A stretch of DNA of 64,000 nt from Gordius albopunctatus. Lineage: Eukaryota. The notes beneath the pieces were generated by a model. The model was not told the DNA's origin, did not search any database, and was given only the letters and a program-made list of their open reading frames with translations. How positions within the stretch are numbered: the stretch's first letter is position 1; every line of letters begins with the position of its first letter. Shown here one piece after another: positions 50,801-62,278 of the stretch. The translations under genes and the position numbers were made by a program. The stretch lies in contig OZ193910.1 of NCBI GenBank assembly GCA_964276515.1, forward strand, positions 6,324,001-6,388,000. Reading direction: 5' to 3'.

Positions 50801-53800
50801 CCAGCGTGCAAACTCATTAAAAGGATAGGGGTAGGGGAGACCGGGGCTATTCGTAGCCCGGGGTTACTATTATCTTTGTAATTATTTTTAAAAATAATAA
50901 TGATATATTATTAAATTTAAACCATATGTGTATGTTTTCATAAGGTATAAGTAAAAAAAATTTTGTTTAGAAAAAATAAAATTTTAAATTTTTATGGATG
51001 AAAAATTTTGCACATAAAATTTTTTTGGCTCTATATTTTGGCCTAATTTAAGTTTTATCTTATAAAGGGATATTTTTTATATAAAAACCGCCTAATAATT
51101 AAATTTTTATTCGCAATATAACATGTTTAATTATTAATTGTTCATAAAAATAAGGGTCGGGGCTAGTCGGAGAGTGGCTAGTTATAGTCATTTTCATTGG
51201 GCCTTACAAATGAAAAAATTTAAAAAACAAAAATCTTGTTTATAATTCAACTTAGTGTAATTAGGAATAGAAATAGACTATGATTATACTTAAAAAAACG
51301 ACTAAAAGTTTTTTTACATAGCAGAATATGTCTTTTAGGTGTACTTAAGTCAGATTGTCATTTTGACACTTTATTTATTTTTATTATACAAAATACAATC
51401 AAAACATTTAAATTTTCTATGTTTTATATAATGTAACAATATTTTTATTGATTTAAGTTAGCATACACTATTAAGAAGTTAAAACGTCCGGGTTAATCTA
51501 TCCCCTGAACAGAGCTATAACTAACCCCGGGCACTTTTGAAATTTTTAGGATTTTGATTTTTTTGAACTCAATTTATAAAAAAACTATACGCTCTTTTTT
51601 CTCAATTTTCTTTCCTATAATAGAAATAGACTATAAAAATGTATTCTAATAAAAAATTATAAAAATCTTCATTAGTTTTTTTAAAGTGGTTTAATTTTTA
51701 TGGCTATTTAGGCCCCGGTCTCCCCTAATTGTTTGAATACATAACAATTTTATAATTAAAATTTATCAGATTTAATCATAAGGTTTGCGGATATATTAGC
51801 TTTGTTTATATATTATTTACAGTTTGCAGTAATATAATTTAATAACATTAAATCAAGATTGAACCTCATAATAAGATTTGTCTAAGGTATATTGGATAAG
51901 ATTTGAGCTCCTCGATTACCTCTTTTATTAAGTAAATTATTGTGATTATTTATTTAAAGCCTACTATTGCTTATCTACAAAGATTGGATAGATAAATAAC
52001 ATATAAATTTATAATTCATATTTAATATGAAAACCATATTGTAGACGATTTAAAAGGACAGAAGGATACGAAGCGAAAGTGGCGTCAATCCCATCTCTAT
52101 GATTATCTTGCCAAAAATGATAATAATGAATTACCACCTCCTATGCCAATAATAGGATGTAAGGCGACAACTCTAAAAAATTATGATTACTACACCATGC
52201 CTGATAAAAAACGCGAAGGAGTTAGATATAATACATTACCAATTCGTGTCAAACAAAGCCTGATCGACAATGACGGGACTTCTACGAAGCACTCGGAGTT
52301 GTATAAACCTCCAACGGAATATGATCCTTCTTTTAGGTATGAAATGCAAAAGCCCACCTTATGCGATATCAGATCAATGCAGAAGGATTTTAAAAGTTGT
52401 GCAAAGGTAGAAATATATATATATATATATAATTTAAATGAAAGGAAAGGGGGGCGGGCTGTAATTTTTAAAATTAGTTTATATATGAAAAATGTTTTAA
52501 ACGGGAAGGGAATTATTATGGTAGATTAAATACATAACAAGTTAAATATATATGTGGTAGGTAAAGTGATAACAAAAATCAAAAATTACGTTGGTCCCCA
52601 AACACTAATTTAACAATATTGTAAGAAGGGTTATGCTATTTATAAGCATGCCTTCTAAATTTAATCTTTATTGTATTAATGGCTCAAAATTAAATTTATT
52701 TTAATAGAATAAGTTTTATAATAAACTATTTCACTAACTTGCTTGGAAATATTTCATGTTTTTAAAAGATACTACTTCAATTTTAAATAAACAGACTAGT
52801 TATAGTTAATTTTTTTATAACGGTATTAAGTTCATTTACAATTAGTGAAAAATATATTGTGCGCTCATTAATTGTTAATTATACCCAATCCTAAGATTAT
52901 ATTGTCAACTTTGTTCAAAGTCTGAAAGCAGCCCAGTTTTTTTAAATCAATTAAAAAATCTAGCATATTAATAGTTAATAATGATGCGGTAAAACCTAAA
53001 AAATCTTGATCGAGAATTTGAAAAATATCGAGTTCGAGACTAGAATTTAGACCTACTAGACTTTATATTCGAGACCTTGGCTTAAATTTTTTTAAATAAA
53101 TATTAGTATTTATATTTTGTATATTGAGATCCTTTTAATATTGGATATTTTATACACCAAATTAGTGGTGGGGAAACCTGAGGTTTTATAAACCTTAACC
53201 TCAAGGAAACCTAACCTTAAGGTAAGGTTTGAGGTTTCATATAAAAACACCTTAAAGCCTCAGGTCAACCTTGAGGTCACCTCGATGTTTTAACAAGTAT
53301 GCTTCATTTTTTATATCTTAATTTTACGAGTAAATTATAGTCTCTAACAAAAAAAAATTATTAAGTATATATATATATTAAAAATAGTTCAAATAAATTT
53401 ATTTTAATAGCAAATTAAGTATATAATCTATAAATTTATACTCTCTAATAAATTATCATTTTGTTTGATAGAATTAATGCATGTGTATTAAAAATATGCT
53501 GACATCTACATTGTGTTATATTTTTATTACAAATTTTTCAAATTCCCTGCCTATCTATGGTATCCTGTGATATACACACCTTGTATTTTTTAATAGTTCT
53601 TTTATGGACAAAGAGAGATAATTGTATGAATTTTATGTATTTTAAAATATATTTGCTATTTTTATATCTTAATTAAGAATTCCTCATTTAAGCAGCATAA
53701 ACTTCATATTTAAGTCAATTGAGATAAAATTTTTAAGCAATTATATTTTATTTACTAAATCTATATAACGTGACGTGATCAAATCTCGAAAAACATCATA

Positions 53801-56800
53801 ATTAAAAAATGATGGTATTTAAATGCACACTAATAAATTAAAAAATGTTCAGTAAAATGTGCTCAGTATTTTATTAAAAGTACCCAGTTAAAAATTCAAA
53901 ATTGATCAGTAAATTAACTTTAAAATGCTCAGCTTTAAATTAAAAATGATCAGTATTTTTGCTAAAATACTCAGTAATATAAATTCATAATTTGTGATAT
54001 TAATGTATTTTGCGCTTACATTTTATAAATAATATTTTAATTGATATACAATTTTTAAAAAAATAAATTAAGAACTTCGCCCCCCTCCCTTTTTAGTCCC
54101 GTTGGTTTCTCCCCCCCCCCTTATTTTTTACCCTCTTTTTGTTTTTAGCCTCTTTCTCATCTGAAAGAGGGGGGTAATTTGACCCCCCCCCCGTTTTTTA
54201 CCCTCTTTATCACAAGGGGGAGGTGATTTGCCCCTCCCCCCTTCCCAATTTTTTTACCTTCTTTCTCACCGGGGCGCGGAGGGGGGGGGGTGATTTGGGC
54301 CTCGCCCTTTATTATTTGCCCTCATCGCCTTGTGAGAAAGAGGGTAAAAAATAATGTGGGGGGGGGAGAGAAACCAACGGGACAAAGAAAGGGAGGGTGC
54401 GAAGTTCATAATTTATTTAAAAAAAATTGTATACCAATTAAAAAATTATTATTTATAAAATGTAAGCGCAAAATAAATTACTATCACAAATTATGAATTT
54501 ATATTACTGAGCATTTTAGCAAAAATACTGATCATTTCAATTTTGAGTTTTTAACTGGGCACTTTAATAAAATACTGAGCACTTTTTACTGAACATTTTT
54601 TAATTTATTAGTGTGCATTTAAATACCATCCTTTTTTAATTATGATGTTTTTTGAGATTTGATCAAGTCACGTTATATAGATTTAGTAAATAAAATAAAA
54701 TTGCTTAAAAATTTTATCTCGATTGACTTAAATATGAAGTTTATGCTGCTTAAATGAGGAATTCCTAATTAATATATAAAAATAGTAAATATATTTTTGG
54801 TGCCGCCAGGCCGTCTTACTATTTATTAGAGGTCTGCATGGGCCGAAATTTTAGGTTCAGGCCCGGCCCATACCCGCACAAATATAAATTTTTTGGCCCG
54901 CACCCGGCCCGCAATAAAATCCCAAAAATTGCGCCGCATCAGGCCCGCACGAGTAAAAACAAGTCTACGCTGTTTCAAAATTATTTATTTGTATAAAATT
55001 TTTTTGTATTGTTCGTGAAATAATTTAAATATAGCATATAAAATCGGTTCTAATTAAAAATTACAATTTAATATTGTCATTTAAAACTAAAAGAGTATAT
55101 ATTCTATCAGGCAATAATTTCGTTCTTCTCTGTTATATAAGACGACTTGCCTTACTGAATGTGAGTTCACTCGTAGCCGTAGCCATTGGTTTTGACAAAA
55201 ATTGACTAGCTAATTTTGGTAAGTTTGGTAACTAACATAAGTTGGTGTTTCGACCATAAAAATAAATCTAGCTGAGCATCCTCAGGTTTAGATTTGATTT
55301 AAGATGTATCAACTTCGTGGAAATCTTCACTTTTTCCGTTTCATCATCGTCCCAAATAAAAAAATAGATAATTGCTTAGTGTTGCACACCTGAGCTAGAT
55401 TAATCATAGTTGGACCACTTATGCAAGAAGATCTATGTCGGAAGAGCCAGGATTTTCTTACATGGATTTCTTTAAAACATTTTTAGCGTAGTTTTTAAGA
55501 AGTTTCTTTCAAACTTGGGTAGAATTTTCATCGTGCGAAACTAAGAAACGAGAAAGATTGATATTTTATGATAACTATCGATATTAAACTTTGAAATTAG
55601 CATATTTTGGGCTCTTGACTTAAATTTGTAGATAAATCTTTAAGTCAATAGGATCATCATTACACCTAGTTGAAGGAAACAAAATTGGGATGCTTTTTAA
55701 TGATGTATAAAAGGGTAATATTTTATAGTGTTGGTGTCTTATCCGCTTCTAACTTGATGCTTGCCTTTTCAAAAGGTAATATACCTTCAAATTTTTCCAT
55801 TAAATCTTTGCCAGATTATAAATGACTAGTTTATCATACATCTCATTCAAACTTATTCACATTATGATTTTTGAGTTCCACCAGATTTGTTTGGAAAAAT
55901 TAATTTTTTAATCATTAAGCTAATAAGTGCATTTTTTTGTTTCTGTATTAAAATTAGAGTATGAAAATAAATAATTTCAAAATTTTCACTTTTCAAAGCC
56001 CAAGCCCGGCCCGCACTTTTTTTATTGCTCAATTTTACGTCCGGCCCGCGGGCTTGCCCGGCCCATGCAGACCTCTACTATTTATACAATCTAAAATTCA
56101 TACAATTATCCCTCTTTGTCCATAAAGGAACTATTAAAAAATACAAGGTGTGTATATCACAGAATACCATAGATAGGCAGGGAATTACACCCGCTTTTAT
56201 CGTTTTTATAATGTTCTTACGTTCAAATCAACAACATATTACCCTGAAAAAAAATAACACAATGTAGATGGCAGCATATTTTTAATACACATGCATTAAT
56301 TCTATCAAACAAAATGATAATTTATAGGGAGTATAAATTTATAGATTATATACTTAATTTGCTATTAAAATAAATTTATTTGAACTATTTTTAATATATA
56401 TATATACTTAATAAATTTTTTTTGTTAGAGACTATAATTTACTCGTAAAATTAAGATATAAAAAATGAAGCATACTTGTTAAAACCTAGAGGTGACCTCA
56501 AGGTTGATCTGAGGTTTTAAGGTTTTTTTATATGAAAAACCTTGAGGTCCTTATAAACCTCACCTAAGGATGACCTGAGGTTCACCTGACCTAAGGTTTT
56601 CCCCACCACTACACCAAAGTTAAATTTATATTCAATCTATATCCGTGTAACATTTGAATTTTAGTTATTTTGTCTTGCTCAATAAAATACTGGCCTTTAA
56701 GGTTCTCAAATAATTATTTAATATATTTGAAACAAGTTTTTATCCTGAGCATTAATATAATATGAACAAATATGAGATCTGATTAGTATTGTTAAAACGC

Positions 56801-59800
56801 TCACTATGGTTGCGCTTGCATTGTGTTTTACCCTGGTTGTAACATACATCTCGCCCCATTCCCATAAAGCATTAGGCGCATATGCTACTTAATAACCCGG
56901 TTATAATCACTGGCAGATTAGGCAGAAGTTATAAGGAGGTGAAAAATCGATATCGCTTGTATACAAGAGACCAAATGGAAGGGCCAAAAAGCAAAATACA
57001 TAGGGGACGGATACAAATTATATTTTTACGGTACAGAAACTCACCGGAATGGCGTCGGTATAGTGCTATCGGAAGAATTTCAGCAAACTGTCGTCGACGT
57101 TAAAAGAATCAATGACAGAATTATGGCGATACAGCTTTGTTATAAATCTACTATGATAAACGTTATATCAGCAAGAAAAAGAGTGTTTTTGGAAGGAGCT
57201 TGAAGATGTTCTATCCCAATTCGGTAAAGAGGGACTAATAATTATCGGAGCGGACCTCAATGAACACGTGGGCAAATGAAGGGGATGATTTGAAAGAAAT
57301 CACGGTGGTCGGGGTTACGGCCTAAGAAATGAAGGAGGTACGGAATATCTAGAAATTGCTCAAGCTTTTGACCTAGCAATAGGAAATACCTTCTTCAAAA
57401 AGAGACAGGAACATCTTATAACGTACAAAAGTGGCAGCCGTACAACTCAGATAGATTTCTTTCTAATAAACAGAGCGCACTTAAAGTATTTTCAAAATGT
57501 TAAGGTAATACCGAGTGAAATATTGGCCTGCCAACACAAGCTGTTGGTGATGGACTTTATATTAAAGGGCAAAAGGTACAAAGAGTAGCGGCTACTATAC
57601 AGTGGAGGAAATTAAAGGATACTATTCAACAATTTCAGGAACAAGTAATTAAACATGCTGAATTCAAGGAAAATACTCCATGTGAGGATCAATGGAATGC
57701 TATAGCTGCCACAATGCGAAAAACGGGACGACAAATACTAGGTGAAAGAAAGACCACTAAAATAATTTTTAAAGAGACGTGGTGGTGGAATGAAGAAGTG
57801 CAAAAATGTATCAAGGAAAAGAAGAGATTGTACAAAGTTTGGTATAAAAGCAAAGATAGTAAAGTAGCTAAAAAATTCGTAGCGAAGGTTAAAAACAAGG
57901 TGTACGACGATATAAATGTAAAACTAAGCTCAAAGGAAGGTGAAAGATTGATCTGCAAAATCGTAAAATCAAGGGCCATAAATTCTAAAGATTACCTAGA
58001 ATGCCAGCTAATCAAGGGTCAAAAGGGAGAAATACTAACACACGACAGCCATATACTACAAAGATGGTTCGACTATTATAGCGATTTATATATTGAAAAG
58101 GGGCCTGTAGTCGAAGACACTAACCAGGAAAATACAATAGGAGAATTATACACAGCGGACTGGATCACTAAAACGGAAGTCAAAGTTGCTATGGGTAAAC
58201 TAAAGTCAGGAAAAGCTCTTGGACCCGACAATATATCAATAGAGGGCTATAAAGCGTTAGGCAATACTGGTGCACAATTCCTCGCCAACCTTTTTAACAA
58301 TATCTTGAAAACAGGTAAAATGCCTAACGAGTGGATAGCTACATGATCCCGATATACAAGATGAAAGGCGACATTCAGGATTGCAACAATTACAGAGGGA
58401 TAAAGCTTATGAGTCAAATTTTCAAGGTGTGGGAAAAAGTTATCGAAAAACAGCTTCGGAGTTTGGTTCAAATTCGAGATAACCAATTCAGATTTATGCC
58501 GGAGAGGTATACAGCAGACGCCATAAACAGTGTTAGAAGATTAATGGAACGGTTTAAAGAAAGGGAAGAGGATTGGCACATGTCTTTCATAGATCTTGAA
58601 AAAGCATTCGATAAAGTTCCTCGTACTTTAATGTGGAAATGTCTTAAAGAAAACAATGTGCCAGAATTATAGGCCAGAGAAATAAAAGATATGTACAAGG
58701 GAAATAGAACGTACGTTAGAACAACGGTGGGGACTACAAAAGGCTTTGCCATCAAAACTGAAGTCCATCAAGGTTCAGCTCTTAGTCCCTTCCTATTCAT
58801 AATGATAATGGATATTATTACCAAGGATTTGGACGAGAAAGCTCCTTGGGCAATGATCTTTGCGGACGATATAATCCTGTGCCAAAAGTGAAAAAGAATT
58901 GGCAAATACTGTAAATAGATGGGTAAATGCAATAGAAGAAAGTGGTATCAGGGTAAATCGAAATAAAACAGAATGCATGAAGACAAAGTTTAAATCGGAT
59001 GAAAACAAGCAAAGTGCATCCCTTACTTTAGGCGAATGGCAACTTACAAGCGTGGATTCCTTTAAATATTTAGGATAAACACTTCAATCGGATGGTGGAA
59101 TGGATATAGAAATCCAAGCAAAGATAAATTCCGGATGGCTCAAGTGGAGAGATTTGACAGGTGTTCTGTGTGACAAAAACAACCCGAGAAGACTAAAAGG
59201 CGCACTGTATAAATCCATCATACAGCCAAGAGTCCTGTATAGCTCGGAATCATGGGCTATACGTAAAAGAGAAGAGCAACGTCTTGCGGCCATGGATATG
59301 AGACTGCTAAGATGGGTGCTAGGAGAAAGCAAAAAGGGACATAGGCGAAATGAATAAATAAGAGAATTTTGGATACTACATCAATTGCGACAAAGCTCCT
59401 AACAAATAGACTAAGATGGTATAGCCATGTCGAAAGAAGGGACGATAGCTACGTCGGATAGAAAATCGAGATGATAAATTTTTCAGGGAAACGAAGGAGA
59501 GGAAGACCCAAGGTTACCTGGATTCATAAAATATGGTATGATATGAAAGTCCACAGGATAAAGATCTATGTAAACATAGAAACAAATGGAAAAGAATGCT
59601 GAAAGGACTGACCACCAGCCTAGGTGGCAAGCAGTCATACCCCGCGTTCGTGATGACGCGCGAAAGCGAAAAAAAAGCGAAGTGAATTTTTGGGCTAATT
59701 TATCAAACTTTTCATTTTTTTATTAATATCTTTATATTCACCGTAAAATTTATCATATATCAATAATATTCATTGATAAGATCGTAATTATTCTATAAAA

Positions 59801-61588
59801 ATATACAATTTTATACAAAATGATCTCTATCTTATTTTAGTTTTCTTTTTGCGGGCGAAAATAATCGTCTGCGATTTCACTATGAAAACCTCCTATTTAC
59901 AATTGTTATTTTCGTGATATATGATAAATTTCACGATGAATATAAAGATATTAAGAAAAATAATGAAAAGTTTAATAAAGTAGCACAAAAATTCACTTCG
60001 TTTTTTTCGCTTCGCGCGTCATCACGAACGCGGGGAAAGAAAGAAGTTGTTGGTTGAGTGAGATACAAACTAACATGGCATTTGACAGAGTGGCTTGAAA
60101 CACACCTAGTAACGAGCAGGGTTGTTTGAAACTATACATGGTTTTTAGCAGAATTATAGCGTACTAGTAGGCAGCTGGTATATAATACTAATTATATCGA
60201 TTTAAATAATTTAATTATAAATGATATTCAATATTTTTTGATTTATATATTAATCGATTAATGGTTATAAAATGATAACTTTTAAAAATATAAATCTATA
60301 GGTCAAACCTATACAGAAACGATATGCTCCAGAAGGAAGGAGTGATACTCAACTATATGTAACAAAGCAATATAATAACATTTTTGGGCAAAAAAACTTT
60401 TTATCAGACATGGGGGATGCCACAGGCAATAGTATAAATCCACCAAAAAAAAATAGTTGTGGTATTTTACAATCAAGCTTGAATGAAAAACACTGGCCAA
60501 ATTCTTGCAAAGATTCCTTATATTCAATTAATCTTTCAAATGACATTTGTGCTCTTAAGAATAACTTGCTTATAAAAAACGATTCTTACAAAGAATTAGC
60601 TGGAGAAATTGACAAATACGTATCCAACATATATGAATCTATTGAATGCCTTAATACAAACTCATGTTTTCCACCTTCAATAACTCGAAAAAACATTCAA
60701 GATGACAATTTATATGCTGATATGAATGGTACCAAATACGTTTTTCAAAATAAGGAAAATGATTATGGCTATGTAGACATGGATGAATTTAAACCAAATT
60801 GGGGAAAAACAACATGCAATCATGAAGTCATTGAGCACATAAAGTGTGAATATACAAATTGTGATTGTCATAAATACTGGGCACATTTGCCCCTTCGTCC
60901 TTTTTTACCTTTTAATTTTCATGACAAGGTATCAAATAGCAATAACAAGCAAGAATACTTTATAAAAATTAGAGCTAAATACATAGACAAATATATAGGT
61001 ACCAACAGAATATCTAAAATGCACCCTTTACAAAATAAAAATGATGTCTCACAAAGGTGTATATATACAAATGACCTAAATTTAAAACCAGTGCCAACTC
61101 TTACGGAAAAGAACCAAGGCACTTTTATTGCCATAAATGATGCATTCAATAAATTAAGGTATTTGATTAAGGATCCCATAAAATCTATAAAAGGAAACCA
61201 AAAATTAAAAGAATTAAGGGAAAATAAATTAGAATTTGAAAGCAATAATGTTAAAACATTTTTGTATAAATCCTCAAGCTTCTCCACAAATGAGAAAAAA
61301 GTTAAGAAATCAACTTACAAATTAATTTTTAACAAAAGATTATTTAACTCACTTAATGAACTTACTATAAGAAAGAAGAGCGATTTGATAAAATATAAAA
61401 ATGAGTCATTTAACACATCATCAAAATGCAATTCAACAGAAAGGATAAATTTAAAACTTCAAAACAAATTGAAGGTTGATGCAATTAATTCTATTTTAAA
61501 AGTTTGTGACAACAATTTTAATATGCAACTTAATTACAATTTATATGCAACTCTTCCCCTAAAGACAAGATTAACAAACATAATTTAA
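41852..61588 (+). CDS. DOK7: DOK7-like PH-PTB docking protein, 5'-partial; exons 41852-42001, 42669-42821, 42857-43075, 43212-43307, 52045-52406, 60302-61588
   Basis: REFNVDIL...VKLGPAKLHVLNGKFCLV...ILGNWKFTELKRFGK...YCFETGTRNG..SGVYIL resembles the DOK7 PTB domain (GPATLHL..GQWKLSDLRRYG..FIFEGGTRCG); all junctions in phase; Tyr-motif-rich tail; start exon not found. Confidence 0.78.
43470..47279. mobile_element. Non-autonomous hAT (TAGAGGTCTG family) interrupted by a Helitron-like element
   Basis: 43470-44329 plus ~47025-47279 are collinear with 54827-56077; right TIR CATGCAGGCCTCTA; no matching TSD. Confidence 0.85.
44330..46995 (+). mobile_element. Non-autonomous Helitron-like element
   Basis: Starts A|TCTTATATATAAAA, ends with hairpin GGCAAACAACATTTGCC then CTAG|T; no TSD; internal tandem repeats and captured fragments. 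Confidence 0.8.
47536..47960 (-). mobile_element. C-terminal restriction-like endonuclease (RLE) fragment of a CRE-like non-LTR retrotransposon
   Basis: IPWPRGLNLTWDFTTVDIFAPS...AERKKAEKYSTL..VFIPMVATTIGNLG...FLKQIG...IRQKITMEIVQSN, followed by an A-rich tail. Confidence 0.8.
49761..50381 (-). mobile_element. Retroelement RNase H remnant (DIRS/Ngaro-like or hepadna-like retroelement)
   Basis: IWADASDSHIG, then in a shifted frame HITAAEPLAA, then FRK*GSN* and FNLEWTPTDGTPADWPSR; GC-rich island. Confidence 0.7.
50834..51725. mobile_element. Non-autonomous Tc1/mariner-pogo-like element
   Basis: TIR GGGGAGACCGGGGC / GCCCCGGTCTCCCC flanked by TA on both sides. Confidence 0.85.
53163..56611. mobile_element. 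Foldback (long-TIR) element with a nested hAT insertion
   Basis: Ends TAGTGGTGGGGAAA / TTTCCCCACCACTA; TSD CACCAAAT vs CACCAAAG; arms 53163-53590 vs 56130-56611 and 53650-54140 vs 54335-54795 are reverse complements. Confidence 0.9.
54827..56077. mobile_element. Non-autonomous hAT element
   Basis: TIR TAGAGGTCTGCATGGGCCG / CGGCCCATGCAGACCTCTA; perfect 8-bp TSD CTATTTAT; decayed transposase on the minus strand. Confidence 0.93.
56900..59630 (+). mobile_element. Near full-length but inactivated RTE-clade LINE (APE + RT)
   Basis: IIGADLNEHVG, LAIGNTFFKKRQEHLITYKSG, QIDFFL, ETWWWNEEVQ, GKALGPDNI, NYRGIKLMS, FIDLEKAFD, HQGSALSPFLF, MIFADDI, FKYLG, RLRWYSHV, KRRRGRPK; many stops and frameshifts. 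Confidence 0.96.
59640..60035. mobile_element. Palindromic MITE at the 3' end of the LINE
   Basis: CCCCGCGTTCGTGATGACGCGCGAA is inverted at 60011-60035; the imperfect arms extend more than 110 bp. Confidence 0.88.
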
Positions 61589-61654
61589 ATATGTGCAATA
61601 AATATATTAATTTATAACAATACCATCACTAAATTCATTATGTTTAACACAATT

Positions 61655-62007
61655 TTATAATTTGTAGTAATACCATATGTTATACTTAAATAATGGATCA
61701 TTTTTGTTTGTATTAATTAGTTCTTTTATAATAAATGGCGGAGCTAAATCATGTTTGATAGCGCAATTCCACCTTTCAATTCGTAATATACCTATATTGT
61801 AAATTTTTGGATAAATTTTCAGCCATTACTCCTACCTAAACAAGGCCCATAATTTGTGTCTAAGTCAAATTGTTGCAGCAATTTAATAGAGGTCTCATAA
61901 GTCAATTTAGATGCATCGTTATGAATGTTATTGTTTATTGGACATTTATGAGTTAATACATTATTCAAGTTTCTACGCTTGATTTGAGGATAAATGCTCG
62001 AAAGCAT
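61655..62007 (-). CDS. POLD4: DNA polymerase delta subunit 4 (p12); exons 62007-61836, 61791-61655
   Basis: IKLLQQFDLDTNYGPCLG-ILRIERWNCAIKHDLAPPFIIKELI...DPLFKYNIWYYYKL* resembles p12 (LRQFDL..YGPC.GI.R..RW..A....L.PP); 44-nt GT-AG intron. Confidence 0.92.
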
Positions 62008-62074
62008 CTGTTATTAATTTTTGCATGTGCAGCGATAAGTCGAATACTTCCACATTTTTAAGGAGAGGTAGGCT

Positions 62075-62278
62075 CAGTAGCATAGCCAAAGCCCGAAAAA
62101 GAAGATCTAAAGTTTATAATTTATAGTTGTGCAACGTAACTGACCAAGTTAATTATTTATAATGACTTTCTTTATTTTTTATACTAGATTTTATAATTTT
62201 GATGTTGAAATAAAAATGTTACAAAATTTTTTTGGAAATTACCCCCCCCCCCGGGAGAAAATCCTGGCTACGCGCCTG
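62075..62278. mobile_element. hAT-type MITE just upstream of POLD4
   Basis: 8-bp TSD GGTAGGCT at 62067-62074 and 62279-62286; degenerate TIRs CAGTAGCATAGCCA / TGGCTACGCGCCTG. Confidence 0.82.

Noticed and set aside
56900..59630. Stop-codon readthrough or alternative genetic code in the LINE
   Set aside because: Stops occur together with frameshifts, and host genes translate cleanly with the standard code, so this is ordinary decay
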